Shown one piece after another: positions 42,397 through 53,056 of a DNA stretch of 64,000 nucleotides (positions are counted from its first letter, which is position 1; each line of letters starts with the position of its first letter). This DNA is from Sedimentisphaerales bacterium (lineage in GTDB: Bacteria; Planctomycetota; Phycisphaerae; Sedimentisphaerales; Anaerobacaceae), in contig OY970194.1 in assembly GCA_963708075.1 (NCBI GenBank), positions 6,304,001 through 6,368,000 on the forward strand, read 5' to 3'. A model generated the notes under the pieces. It saw only the letters and a program-made list of their open reading frames with translations. It made no database searches and was not told the origin of the DNA. A program made the translations under genes and the position numbers.

Positions 42397-44636
42397 TATG
42401 CTGCATCCTTGGATTTCTGTTCGGCCGTATCCGCTTCCTGCGCCGGCTCTTCCGCCGGCCGGGCGGGCCTGTAGTTCAAACGCTTCAGGATGTTTGCGGG
42501 ATTGAAGTGCACAACCGCCAGGTTCTGTGTCTGGATGAAATCCTCCTGCTGCAGAAGCATGCCCTTCATACTGTCGTACTGCTGCTGATCGAGCCATTTG
42601 ACCGAGACGCTCTTGACCGCGTAGAAGCTCTGGCTGGGCTTGAACTCCAGGATCTGAGGCAGGTTCGCCGCCGAGTCCGCGTTGGCCGGTACGAGTGAGT
42701 AGAACCGGTCGATAAGCTGTTTCTCCGTCTGGGTCTGGTTGGCGATCATCGCCGCCGCCGGATTGCCGAGGGTCTGGGTGGCGACCACTTGCAGTTGGGC
42801 GTTGGAGATCCTCTGCAGGCCGTTCAGGTTGTCGAGCTTGAACACGTTCGGATCGTTCGGGTCCTTCTTGGCTTGCTTGCCGTAGAGATCGTTGAACTTG
42901 GTGATGGCGGGGTTCCAGCCCTCTGTCTTCGCCAGGGCGACGAATTCCTCGGCCCTGCTCTTGGTGGTATCCCACGCCGTCAGCCTCTGCACGTCTTCGG
43001 TCACCTTTTCGCGGACGGAATAGACATCGTCCTTCTTCGCGGAGGCATCCCCCAGATCGATCGTCCGGGTAGTGAAGATGACATTGAGGTTTTCCGGCTC
43101 CGCGGTCTTGCTGACGCCGGTGATCTTCACGACCATCATGATTTGCCCGGACAGGTCGGGGCTCATCGTCACCATGGGATCGCTGGCGGGCCCTATCGTC
43201 GTGTGCATCCTGGGCGCCTGAGCGAACATGAGAATGGCCGCGTTCTCTCCGAGGTCCTTGACGGAGAAGAGGAGCTGGCTCAGGCGAAGCGAGCTGGTGG
43301 CTCCCTGGCTCGATACGACCAGCCTGCCGAGGTACTTGTCCATCTGCATGTCCACCGCGTTCAGCCAGCCGGTCTGGCCGTTGAACATGGGGATGCTATA
43401 CTTGACGGTGAGCTCCTTAGTAATCCCGTCGTACTGGCCGGCCTTGTCCTTCAACTGTTCGACGCTCGGTTCCTTGCCTTCCACCGTGAGTTCCGCCAGT
43501 TTGGCGTCGGCTGTGGTCCGGACTTCCTCGAGGATCTGCGTCGCCTTGGTGATAATCCTCTCCTTGCGAAGCTGCTCCATGATCGTCTCGGCGACCTCCG
43601 CATAGCTGGTCACCTGCTGAGTCTTCGGCGAATTCGGATCGTTCGGATCGGAGGGCACCTCCCGGGTGTAAAGGCGCTGGCGATTCTGGCGATAGTGTAC
43701 CTCCGCCTCTTCCTGAGTAGGCGCCGGCACAATTCCGGCCACGTCCTGAAGCTTCAGGGCGACATACTCGAGTTGAAGGCGGTCCGGCAGCTTGTATCCG
43801 AAACCGAATGGATTATCCTGCGTTACCGCTCCGGGGAAACTGCCCTTGTACTTGTCGAACTGGGCCTGCAGTACATCGTCGGCGGGTTGATTCTGCTTAT
43901 CGACAAAGGTCTGGGCCGGCAGTTGAACGATTTCCGCGTCCAGGGTGCTGCCGCTGCGGCTGGCCATATGCGTCAACTGCGGGATCGTCACATCTTCAAC
44001 GGAGCAGATGGTCTGGGCGTACTGCAGCACGGCGAGCAGCTTGCCGAATACCTCCAGGATGTCCTCTTCCGAGACTCGGAACCGGTTGACCAAACCATTC
44101 ATTACAGTCTGATAGTTTTGGCCCTTGAAAAGCTGAGGGATGAGACGGCGGCCGAGCAGGTCACCCACGTCCGTCGTCGGTATCCGGATTCCTGCAGACT
44201 CTGCCTCTTGGGTCAGAAGGATCCAGTACACGGCGGGCAACGCCGTGCGATCGTACATCTCGCCCAGTTGTTTGTCGCTGATGAGGAACTGGTTCCTGCG
44301 AATCATCTGCATGACCTGGTTCATCAGGGCCGGCGAGTTCCGGCTCTGCGAAAACAGCAGCTCGCCCAGCAGAATCCCCCGAAGGTCCTGCTGTTGCAGC
44401 ACGGCATCGGCCTGCAACGCCTGCAGGATCTCGATCTCCGCATTGGCCTCGCCCACCATCATGTGCGTGATTCTTGCCTTCTTGCCGTAGAAGGCGTACG
44501 TGTTCTTGATGCCGCCGCTGGGTTGAAGAAGGTATTCCAGTGCCGAGCCGCCGACAAAGGCGAACATCAGCACGATGACGACCACCGCCATGATCTTCTT
44601 ATTGTTCCTTCTCAGCCACTTGATAGGATGACTCAT
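42396..44636 (-). CDS. membrane-anchored periplasmic protein, PpiD/SurA-N-terminal-like
   Basis: WLRRNNKKIMAVVVIVLMFAFVGG anchor followed by a long soluble domain. Confidence 0.65.
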   Translation of the reverse strand: MSHPIKWLRRNNKKIMAVVVIVLMFAFVGGSALEYLLQPSGGIKNTYAFYGKKARITHMMVGEANAEIEILQALQADAVLQQQDLRGILLGELLFSQSRNSPALMNQVMQMIRRNQFLISDKQLGEMYDRTALPAVYWILLTQEAESAGIRIPTTDVGDLLGRRLIPQLFKGQNYQTVMNGLVNRFRVSEEDILEVFGKLLAVLQYAQTICSVEDVTIPQLTHMASRSGSTLDAEIVQLPAQTFVDKQNQPADDVLQAQFDKYKGSFPGAVTQDNPFGFGYKLPDRLQLEYVALKLQDVAGIVPAPTQEEAEVHYRQNRQRLYTREVPSDPNDPNSPKTQQVTSYAEVAETIMEQLRKERIITKATQILEEVRTTADAKLAELTVEGKEPSVEQLKDKAGQYDGITKELTVKYSIPMFNGQTGWLNAVDMQMDKYLGRLVVSSQGATSSLRLSQLLFSVKDLGENAAILMFAQAPRMHTTIGPASDPMVTMSPDLSGQIMMVVKITGVSKTAEPENLNVIFTTRTIDLGDASAKKDDVYSVREKVTEDVQRLTAWDTTKSRAEEFVALAKTEGWNPAITKFNDLYGKQAKKDPNDPNVFKLDNLNGLQRISNAQLQVVATQTLGNPAAAMIANQTQTEKQLIDRFYSLVPANADSAANLPQILEFKPSQSFYAVKSVSVKWLDQQQYDSMKGMLLQQEDFIQTQNLAVVHFNPANILKRLNYRPARPAEEPAQEADTAEQKSKDAA

Positions 44637-44856
44637 TGCTCTGCTCCAGGTTGTAACGACGCCTGTTATCCTCTGAAACACAAAGGGCTTAACATTACTG
44701 TAAGGCCCCGCGGTTTGCAAGAAAAACGTTGAATTTACTGCCCATGATTTGCAATTGACAATCCCGGGCGAATCGTTGATATGTACCCTTTACGATCCGG
44801 CATCTATGGCTGTTTGCCGGGAAACCCAACAGTCCCTCATAAATGGTAAATCGTAA

Positions 44857-46155
44857 ATGGTAAATCGTAAATCCCAAGAGGCCTTTGCACAGGCCTGTCG
44901 GTATATCCCGGGCGGCGTCAACTCGCCGGTCCGTGCGTTCGGCGGTGTGGACCTCAAGCCCCTGTTCATCGCCTCGGCCAAAGGGTCCAGGATCTTCGAC
45001 ATCGACGGCAACGAGTACATTGACTACGTCGGCTCGTGGGGCCCGATGATCCTGGGCCATGCCCACCCGGCGGTGGTTGCCGCGATTCGAAAGGCGGCCG
45101 AGAAGGGGGCCTCCTTCGGCGCCCCGACCCTTGCGGAGACGGAATTAGCTACCCGCATTGTCGGCGCGTTCGGCTCGATCGAGAAGGTGCGGCTGCTGAG
45201 CAGCGGGACCGAGGCGGTGATGACCGCCATCCGGCTGGCCCGCGCCCATACCGGCCGGGACCTGATCGTCAAAATGGCCGGTTGTTACCACGGGCACAGT
45301 GATTCGCTGCTGGCCCTGGCCGGCTCCGGTCTGGCCGAGCGTGGCGTCGCCGCCAGTCCCGGCGTGCCGGATGCCTTGGCCAATCTCACGGTCGTGCTGC
45401 CCTATAACGATATCGAGGCGATCAGGCAGGCCTTCGCCAAGCACCGGGACAGGATTGCCGCTGTGCTGATCGAGCCCGTGGCTGCCAACATGGGGCTTGT
45501 CCTGCCCTTGCCGGACTATCTGGAAACGATTCGCAGCTTGTGCGACGAGCACGGCGCTGTGTTGATCTTTGACGAGGTGATCTCAGGGTTCCGCGTGGCG
45601 TACGGCGGGGCCCAGGAACGCTACGCCATCAAGGCAGACCTCACCTGCCTGGGCAAGATTGTGGGCGGCGGGCTGCCCCTGGCCGCATGTGGAGGTAAAG
45701 CCGAGATCCTGGATTTGCTGGCGCCGGTCGGTCGGGTGTACCAGGCCGGCACGTTGAGCGGCAATCCTATCGCGACGGCCGCCGCGATTGCCACACTGGA
45801 TATCCTTGCGGAAGGGCGGTGCTATCGCGAGCTGGAATCCGCCGCGGCCAACCTGGAGGCTGGACTGGCCCGGGCCGCCTCCGAGGCCGGCGTGCCCATC
45901 ACGATCAACCGAATCGGCTCCCTTTTGAGCTGCTTCTTCACGGATAAGGCCGTGCGGAACTTCGACGATGTCCGGGCGACCGACATCGCCGCTTTCAAGA
46001 AGTTCTTTGCCGAGATGCTCCAGCGGGGCATCTACCTTGCCCCGAGCGCCTACGAGGCCATGTTCCTTTCCCTCGCCCACACGAAGGACGATATCGAGCG
46101 GACCATTGAGGCCGCCGGCGAGAGCTTTCGGGCGGTTGCAGGAATGAAAGAGTAG
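44857..46155 (+). CDS. hemL: glutamate-1-semialdehyde 2,1-aminomutase
   Basis: PGGVNSPVRAF, SGTEA, YHGHSD, FDEVISGFR, GKIVGGGLP, QAGTLSGNP. Confidence 0.97.
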   Translation: MVNRKSQEAFAQACRYIPGGVNSPVRAFGGVDLKPLFIASAKGSRIFDIDGNEYIDYVGSWGPMILGHAHPAVVAAIRKAAEKGASFGAPTLAETELATRIVGAFGSIEKVRLLSSGTEAVMTAIRLARAHTGRDLIVKMAGCYHGHSDSLLALAGSGLAERGVAASPGVPDALANLTVVLPYNDIEAIRQAFAKHRDRIAAVLIEPVAANMGLVLPLPDYLETIRSLCDEHGAVLIFDEVISGFRVAYGGAQERYAIKADLTCLGKIVGGGLPLAACGGKAEILDLLAPVGRVYQAGTLSGNPIATAAAIATLDILAEGRCYRELESAAANLEAGLARAASEAGVPITINRIGSLLSCFFTDKAVRNFDDVRATDIAAFKKFFAEMLQRGIYLAPSAYEAMFLSLAHTKDDIERTIEAAGESFRAVAGMKE

Positions 46156-46169
46156 GACCTATAGGACTT

Positions 46170-47285
46170 ATGGGACTGATAGGACCTATAATCACGATCT
46201 TTTCCATTGTGTTGCTGAGCGTTGCTCAGTTGACCGGCGCAAAGGAACTGCCGGATGTCGTGGGCGTCACGCACGTGGCCGGGCGATACTACCTCACCGA
46301 GAAGGACTTCCTCAACGAGGGCGCTGATCAGATTCTGGCCCTGGGCTCGCGGGTCATCAAGGTCTGGTTCTACGGCAAGCGCCACGAGCATCCGATGGCT
46401 GCGTACTCCTACAACTCGCAGTGGCCCAACGTCGATTCGCTCGTCGAGGGCGCACAGATCCCGTACTTCAGGCAATTGTTCGGTAAGCCGTTCACCACGT
46501 ACATCATGGTCGTCACTTCGCTGGGCCGCGACGATGGCTATTGGCGCAACGGCATCAGCGAGGAGCAGAAGCGGGATGAGCAGCGACAATTCTACGAGCT
46601 CGCCAAGCATCTGCTGACGGAGTACAAGGGCACGGGCAAGACCTTCGTGCTCCAGCACTGGGAAGGCGACTGGATGGCTCGCGGCAATTTCGACGCCAAG
46701 GTCGAGCCGACGCCGCTGGCGCTCCAGAGCATGATCGAATGGCTCAACGCCCGCCAGGCGGGAGTCAACCAGGCCCGGCAGGAGGTGGGGGAACAGGGTG
46801 TCCACGTGTACCATGCGACCGAGGTCAACCTCGTGGTTCAGTCGATGCGGAATGGCGTCGCCGGCGTGGTCAACAAGGTCCTGCCGCACACACAGTTGGA
46901 TCTGGTCTCTTACTCGGCGTGGGACTCGGCCACCTCGCACTACAGCGATCCAAACGTCCTGCGGGACGCCCTGGATTTCATCGCGGCCAATGCCCCCGAC
47001 AGTCCCGCCTTCGGCAATCGCAACGTCTATCTGGGCGAATACGGGATGCCGGAGAACAACTACTCGCTCGCACAGATCCAGACGGCCATACCGAACGCCG
47101 TGCAGACCAGCCTCAAGTGGGGCTGTCCCTATATCGTCTATTGGCAGCTCTACTGCAACGAGCTGAAAGACCCCAGCATCAAGCCGCCGGTGAAGACCAA
47201 CGACGCCGTCCGAGGCTTCTGGCTCATCCGTCCCGACGGCACGAAGTCCTGGGTCTGGGACTACTTCCACGATCTGCTCGACTAA
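46170..47285 (+). CDS. secreted hypothetical protein, possibly a TIM-barrel glycoside hydrolase
   Basis: Signal peptide; DLVSYSAWD and VYLGEYG resemble the clan GH-A nucleophile context. Confidence 0.6.
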   Translation: MGLIGPIITIFSIVLLSVAQLTGAKELPDVVGVTHVAGRYYLTEKDFLNEGADQILALGSRVIKVWFYGKRHEHPMAAYSYNSQWPNVDSLVEGAQIPYFRQLFGKPFTTYIMVVTSLGRDDGYWRNGISEEQKRDEQRQFYELAKHLLTEYKGTGKTFVLQHWEGDWMARGNFDAKVEPTPLALQSMIEWLNARQAGVNQARQEVGEQGVHVYHATEVNLVVQSMRNGVAGVVNKVLPHTQLDLVSYSAWDSATSHYSDPNVLRDALDFIAANAPDSPAFGNRNVYLGEYGMPENNYSLAQIQTAIPNAVQTSLKWGCPYIVYWQLYCNELKDPSIKPPVKTNDAVRGFWLIRPDGTKSWVWDYFHDLLD

Positions 47286-49432
47286 TCGTCGAGTATGAAG
47301 TCCCAGATAAAGCCTCGGCTGATGCTGCCATCCTCGTTGACCTCGTCGATTCGCCAGAAGTGCGTCACGACCAACTCGGGCGGTGGTTCGGGCATGTAGC
47401 TTGTGTCGCTCAGGCGGCCGCGATAGATCCCCGTCGTATCCGAGACAGTCGCCTCGCTGACGGCGGCACGGTCGTCGCTCAGGTAGATGTCATGTGCGAT
47501 CGCCTTGTCGCCCGCCTGCCATGTCATCGGCAAAGCCTTGGACACGTCCATCCTGGCGCCACTCCCGGGCCATGGGTCCCATGCGAGCCACGGATCGGTG
47601 CGCATGGCGGCCTGGACTTGTGCTTCAGTCAGGGCCTTGTTGTAGATGCGAATCTCATCGATCAAACCATCCCAGGAGAAGCCGGAGAGATCCTTGCTGG
47701 CCCTGCCGACAATCATCGTGGAGTAACCCGCCAACCGTCCTGCGGCAGCACCGCTGGTGAAGGTGGGAGAATCGAGTTCCCCGTTGATGTAGAGCTGCAG
47801 AGCCTGCCCGCTGGCCCAGACCAGCGCCAGGTGCTGCCAATCTGTAGTCTGGCTGTCGTTCGAGCTTTCCAGTTGGAGGGTGGTGTCTGCACCGTCGGCG
47901 GAGATAGTGACGCCCACCTTGATTACGTTCACGCCGCCTCCGGTTATGCCTGCCGCATCATATCGCATATCCCTGTCGTCGTTGCCTATGGGCGGCTCGA
48001 AAATGAGGAAACCCTTGTCGGTATCCGTCACCTTTGACTTGACCCAGGCCGTGATTGTCAATGCGTCGAGTCCGTTAAGGAACGAGCCATCCTCGTACAC
48101 GGCACTTTCCCCGTTACCCGCAAACAGCAGGGCGCCGCCAAAGAACCCTGTGGCCCACGCTGGAGCGGGATCGGCGAACCGCGCATGGCGGCGGTGGCCG
48201 GACCAGTCCGCGGATTTGGCGCCCAGGCCTTCGTCCATCTTCCACCAGCCGAGCAGATTCGGATCCGTGATAGGGATGCTCCGAACCGTGCTGAAGGACC
48301 ACACCGGGCCGGCTTGCCTGGTGTCGTCAGCGGCGACCTCATCGACGCGCCAGAAGTAGGTCACGTCCATCTCAAGGGCCGGCGGCTTCCATGATGTATG
48401 GTGGGTGGTCTCCTGAAGGACACTCGCGGCGCCGCTTTCGACAGCGGCCTTGTCCGTGCCGAAGTACAGATCGTGCATGACGGTGTCCATGCCGGCCTTC
48501 CAGCTCAGCGTCGTGTCCAGGTCCATCCATGGAGTCCCGTCCGCCGGGACAGGATCGTAGGCGGTGAGGGACATGGCCTCGAAGGTCCATACGTCGCCCG
48601 TGTGGACCGTCGTCATATCCGCCTCGATCTCGTCCACACGCCAGTAGTATGTGACGCCGGGAGCCAAGTCCGGGCCGTATTGAAAAGAAGAGACCGACAG
48701 GCTTGGACCGACGAGATCGGCCTGGCCGAGTTCGGGACCCGTGCCTACGTACAGATTGTGCAAGGCCGCGCCAATTCCCGGAGTCCATTGCAGCAGGGGG
48801 GGAGCCACCACCGGAGCGCCATCGGCGGGCACGGGGTTCGTCGCCGTGGCGACCAATTTGGCCGCTACTCCATACATGTTCCTGTCGTAAGGGTTGCCGC
48901 CGGACCAATCGTTTTGAGCCTTCAGAACGATCACGCGGGGCATCACCTGCAACGAGAACACGGCGTAGTAGTTGTCGACGGTCCCATTGGCGTTTTCATC
49001 GATCGCCAACTTCATGCCCGTATCCACAAAGCCGAGCTCGGCGACCCAGTTCATTCCGGCGGCCGCGGGATTTGCGGTGGCTGTTGGCCCGCGGATACCG
49101 GTGCCAACGCGGACATCGATGTACAGGTACAGCGTCCCGGCTTGACCGATAGTGATGTGCAATTCGTGGTTGGGATTGTATTTATCCTCGTTGGACGTCA
49201 GGACGTACTGGGCGCCGATCATGGTCTTCGGTACGTTCTTCATTACATGGACTCGGTCTGCATAGAGCCTGGCGCCCTCCGCCAGCGGCTGCGGGGAGAG
49301 CCGCACCTGGGCCGCACTGCTGGCGGAATTGGGGTTACGGCGACTGACGTTGGTGATGACTTGCGCATTCGCCGGGAGCACAGCGGCCGCCGCGACCAGC
49401 ACGACAAACAGGGTGATGAGTCCTCTACTCAT
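47282..49432 (-). CDS. secreted LamG-domain protein with YYWRVDE repeats
   Basis: Signal peptide; three (Y/H)(Y/F)WR(V/I)DE modules; WQHLALVW...IDEIRIYNKALT. Confidence 0.85.
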   Translation of the reverse strand: MSRGLITLFVVLVAAAAVLPANAQVITNVSRRNPNSASSAAQVRLSPQPLAEGARLYADRVHVMKNVPKTMIGAQYVLTSNEDKYNPNHELHITIGQAGTLYLYIDVRVGTGIRGPTATANPAAAGMNWVAELGFVDTGMKLAIDENANGTVDNYYAVFSLQVMPRVIVLKAQNDWSGGNPYDRNMYGVAAKLVATATNPVPADGAPVVAPPLLQWTPGIGAALHNLYVGTGPELGQADLVGPSLSVSSFQYGPDLAPGVTYYWRVDEIEADMTTVHTGDVWTFEAMSLTAYDPVPADGTPWMDLDTTLSWKAGMDTVMHDLYFGTDKAAVESGAASVLQETTHHTSWKPPALEMDVTYFWRVDEVAADDTRQAGPVWSFSTVRSIPITDPNLLGWWKMDEGLGAKSADWSGHRRHARFADPAPAWATGFFGGALLFAGNGESAVYEDGSFLNGLDALTITAWVKSKVTDTDKGFLIFEPPIGNDDRDMRYDAAGITGGGVNVIKVGVTISADGADTTLQLESSNDSQTTDWQHLALVWASGQALQLYINGELDSPTFTSGAAAGRLAGYSTMIVGRASKDLSGFSWDGLIDEIRIYNKALTEAQVQAAMRTDPWLAWDPWPGSGARMDVSKALPMTWQAGDKAIAHDIYLSDDRAAVSEATVSDTTGIYRGRLSDTSYMPEPPPELVVTHFWRIDEVNEDGSISRGFIWDFILDD

Positions 49433-49701
49433 GGCAATCCTCCGTAGTAGCTGTGAACAAGAGTCTCTCGCCGACCTGGCACAGCAAGCGCATACATCAT
49501 GCGCTCATTCTCTCAGATGCTTATCTCGTCCTCCACATCCTCGCACCTCCTTATTCCTCTGCACGCCGGACCGTGACCCAATCGGTGCCTCTGGGCCAAA
49601 ACCCGCCGGTGCGAACAGAACCAAGTATAGCACACGGCGGGTCCACAGTCAAGGATGATACCGACCCGCATCCACCCCGGGTGCGACTGTGATACGGATA
49701 T

Positions 49702-52700
49702 CTATGGCAGCCGGGAGGTGAATTTGTAGGTGCCGGAGCCGACCTCAAAGACGGCGGCGTTGCCCTGCATTTCACGGAACTTGACGCCGGCTGACTTTGC
49801 CGCAGGCCTGAGGCTCTCTCGGACGGCCGCCGCATCCTTCGCGGGGATATAGACCGTCGCGACGGTATTCGTCGGGATCGTCACATTGAGCGAGAACGCG
49901 CCATCCTGCACCCTCCAATCCGTGGCAATCCTGCCCTGAATGGAGTCATAGGCGGTTTTGGCCCAGGAGACTCGTCCGCCCGGCTGGGGGTGGATGATGA
50001 TTCGCTGGTAGGCGCTGTCCTCGGTGTCGATGCCGCCGATGGTCTTGAACATCCACTCGGCGACAGCGCCGAAGGAGTAGTGGGCGAAGGAATTCATGCC
50101 GGCGTCCTGGAAGCCCTTTTCGGGGGTCCAGCCGTCCCAGCGCTCCCAGATGCTCGTCGCCCCGTGCTTGATGGAGAAGCCCCAGGAGGGGAAGCTCTCG
50201 TTGTGGAACAGGTGATAGGCCACGTTCGTCTGGCCGAAGCGAGTCAGCGTGGTCATCAGGTCCTTGGTGCCGACGAAGCCGGTGGACAGGTGCCAGTTGC
50301 GATCGCGGATGTTGGCCACGAGGTATTTCGTGGCGGTCTCTCTCTTTTCTTTGGGGAGCAGATCGAAGGCCAGCGCCAGGACGTAAACGGTCTGGGTGTC
50401 GCCCTTGATCCGGCCGTCCTCGGCGACATAGGCATCATTGAACGCCTGCCGGATGTCCTCGAACAACTGCTCGTACTTCTGAGCGTCGTCCTTCTTGCCG
50501 AGCACGGCGGCGATCTCGGCCACCAGCTTGGTGCTGCGGGCGAAGTAGGCGGTCGCCAGCACGTCCTTGGGCGTATCGGCCTGGATGCTCAGCCAGTCGC
50601 CATACCCTTCGGCCGGCCGGAGCAGGCCCTGCGAGGCGCCCTTGCAGTACTCGATCCACTTTTGCATCGCGTCGTAATGCTCAGCGAGCACGCGGGTATC
50701 GCCGTAGACTTTGTAGATTGTCCACGGGCAGATGACGCCGGCGTCGCCCCAGGCGGCAGTGCCCCCGCCAACCGCGACCTTTCGTGGCGAGACATCGGAG
50801 AATGCGCCGTTTTCAAGCTGTGCGTCCTCTACGTCCACGAGCCACTTTGTGAAGAACGCGGATACGTCGGTGTTGTAGGTGGCGGTGCGGACGTAGATCT
50901 GGGCGTCGCCCATCCAGCCAAGCCGCTCATCGCGCTGCGGGCAGTCCGTCGGGATGTCGATAAAGTTCGCCCGCTGCGTCTGGCAGATGTTGCGATACAG
51001 CGTGTTCGCCAGCGTGTCGGAGCACTCAAAGCTGCCGGTCACGGGCGTGGCCGACGTCAATTCCACACCAAGGATTGAATCGAGATCGGGCTTGCCCGGA
51101 TAGCCGGTGATCTCCACGTACTGGAATCCATGGAACGTGAATCGGGGCTGCCAGATTTCGGCGCCCTTGCCCTTGCAGATGTACGTATCGGTGGCCCGCG
51201 CGCTGCGCAGGTTGGTCGTGTAGATGGTGCCGTCGGTGTTCAGCCGCTCGGCAAAACGCAGCACGATCTTCTGGTCCGGCTTGGCATTGGCGACCTTCAG
51301 GCGAACGAAGCCTGCGAAGTTGGTCCCCATGTCATAGACAAACGCGCCCGGCTCCGGCTCCTTGATGCTTAGCGGCCTGATCTGCCGGAACTGGCGCACG
51401 AGCACGCTGGGATAGGCCTCGATCGCGGCGGGGGTAGCCTCCACGACTTTGACCGGCTTCCATTGGCCGGCGTCGAAGTCTGCCGTGCTCCAGCCGGGCA
51501 TCTCCCGGCGGGCGTCGTACGTCTCGCCCATCAGGAAGTCGCCCTCGAGGATCGGTCCTGTGGCGGCGGTCCAGGTCTTGTCCGTGACGACGATCTCGGA
51601 CGTGCCGTCGGTGTACTCGACGTGCAGTTGGGCCATGAACCGCGGGTCTTTGCCGTAGTGGTCGCGAATGTGCATCCATCCGATGTGGCCGCTGTACCAG
51701 CCGTCGGCCAGGATGCCGCCAACCACGTTGAAGCCCCTGCGGAGCAGGCCGGTGACATCGAACGTGTTGTAATAGACCCGGACGTTGTAGTCGGTCCAGC
51801 CGGGCGTGAAGTAGGCGTCGCCCACCTGCCGGCCGTTGATGTGCAGCTCGTAATTGCCGAGGGCGGAGGCGTAAATCGTCGCCCGCTTGATCGGCTTCTC
51901 CAGGCTGAATTGCTTTCGCAGGTATTGTGCGGGCGGCAGGAACAAGTCGCCCGAAACAACATTCAACTCGCCCCAGGGCGCGGCGCCGTAAGCGCCGACG
52001 ACCTGCGCGCTGCGCCAGTTGCGAGCGTCGAAATCGACGTTCATCCAATCGGCCCCGGCAGACTCCGAAGCACGCCAGGTGGTGTCGGACACGAGGGTCG
52101 CGGATCCACCGTCGGTGAACTGAAGCCTCAGGATTGCCAGGACGCCCGCGGGGTTCGGGGCATCGCCCTCATTCCTTGCCTCGATCGCCACCACGTTCTT
52201 TCCCGGCAGCATGTGCTCCTTGACGTCGCCTGTCACGAGCTGTTTGAAGTTGTTTCCGTTGCGGATTCTGCGGCCGTTCAGAAACATTCTGAAGCTGTTG
52301 TCGGCCGTGACGGCGCAGTTGGCGGACAGGAGCTCGCGGGTCTGTGGAATGACGAATTCGTTGCGGAAGTACCGCGTGCCGATGGGGGCGCCCGCGGCGG
52401 CATTGCCCTCGCCGTACCAGATCCACTTCGCCTTGGACAGATCGAGTTTCTGGACCCCTTCAGGGCGCCGGCGGGAGGCGTCGAAGGCGATCCACCGGGC
52501 CCTCCAGTCGTCCGGACTGAGCAATCCCATCGTCCAGTAGGCCGGCTTGCTCCAAGGCGAAGGTTGGCCGTCTTCATCCCAGACGCGGACCTTCCAGTAG
52601 CACCGCATCTGTGATATCAGCGGAGCGCCGTCGTAGGCGATCTGGATCGACCCGTTCGACATGACCTTGCCGCTGTCCCAGAGATCGCCGGTGTCCCTCG

Positions 52701-52941
52701 TGAGGCGCCTGGGGTCGCCGGCCACGAGAATCTGGAATGCGCTCTGGGCCTTCGCGCGTCCGGTGGACTGGGTTGTCCAGCTCAGCCGGGGCTGGGCTTC
52801 GTCGATTCCGAGTGGATTGACCAGGTATTCACACCGCAGGTCTTCCGGCGTCAGCGCGCGTGCCTGCGCGACAGATCCGGGAACAAAACAGCCCAGGAAA
52901 CCCACTACGACCGCCAGGAGAATTGCACTACGCGTTCCCAT
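49702..52941 (-). CDS. alpha-L-rhamnosidase (GH78 family)
   Basis: LRCEYLVNPLGID, DLWDSGKV, PRFTFHGFQY, PTDCPQRDERLGWMGD, GATSIWERW, MNSFAHY. Confidence 0.93.
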   Translation of the reverse strand: MGTRSAILLAVVVGFLGCFVPGSVAQARALTPEDLRCEYLVNPLGIDEAQPRLSWTTQSTGRAKAQSAFQILVAGDPRRLTRDTGDLWDSGKVMSNGSIQIAYDGAPLISQMRCYWKVRVWDEDGQPSPWSKPAYWTMGLLSPDDWRARWIAFDASRRRPEGVQKLDLSKAKWIWYGEGNAAAGAPIGTRYFRNEFVIPQTRELLSANCAVTADNSFRMFLNGRRIRNGNNFKQLVTGDVKEHMLPGKNVVAIEARNEGDAPNPAGVLAILRLQFTDGGSATLVSDTTWRASESAGADWMNVDFDARNWRSAQVVGAYGAAPWGELNVVSGDLFLPPAQYLRKQFSLEKPIKRATIYASALGNYELHINGRQVGDAYFTPGWTDYNVRVYYNTFDVTGLLRRGFNVVGGILADGWYSGHIGWMHIRDHYGKDPRFMAQLHVEYTDGTSEIVVTDKTWTAATGPILEGDFLMGETYDARREMPGWSTADFDAGQWKPVKVVEATPAAIEAYPSVLVRQFRQIRPLSIKEPEPGAFVYDMGTNFAGFVRLKVANAKPDQKIVLRFAERLNTDGTIYTTNLRSARATDTYICKGKGAEIWQPRFTFHGFQYVEITGYPGKPDLDSILGVELTSATPVTGSFECSDTLANTLYRNICQTQRANFIDIPTDCPQRDERLGWMGDAQIYVRTATYNTDVSAFFTKWLVDVEDAQLENGAFSDVSPRKVAVGGGTAAWGDAGVICPWTIYKVYGDTRVLAEHYDAMQKWIEYCKGASQGLLRPAEGYGDWLSIQADTPKDVLATAYFARSTKLVAEIAAVLGKKDDAQKYEQLFEDIRQAFNDAYVAEDGRIKGDTQTVYVLALAFDLLPKEKRETATKYLVANIRDRNWHLSTGFVGTKDLMTTLTRFGQTNVAYHLFHNESFPSWGFSIKHGATSIWERWDGWTPEKGFQDAGMNSFAHYSFGAVAEWMFKTIGGIDTEDSAYQRIIIHPQPGGRVSWAKTAYDSIQGRIATDWRVQDGAFSLNVTIPTNTVATVYIPAKDAAAVRESLRPAAKSAGVKFREMQGNAAVFEVGSGTYKFTSRLP

Positions 52942-52964
52942 GATGATGACCTCCAAAAAGAGAG

Positions 52965-53044
52965 TGTGAAGTCTTAAGTGCGAAGTGTAAAGCCTCCAAT
53001 CCTGTAACGTTGGACTTCACACTTCAAACTTCACACTTCAAACT
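52965..53044. repeat. inverted pair of 7-bp tandem repeat tracts
   Basis: (AAGTGTG-like)n facing (ACTTCAC/ACTTCAA)n. Confidence 0.7.
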
Positions 53045-53056
53045 CGATCAATCACT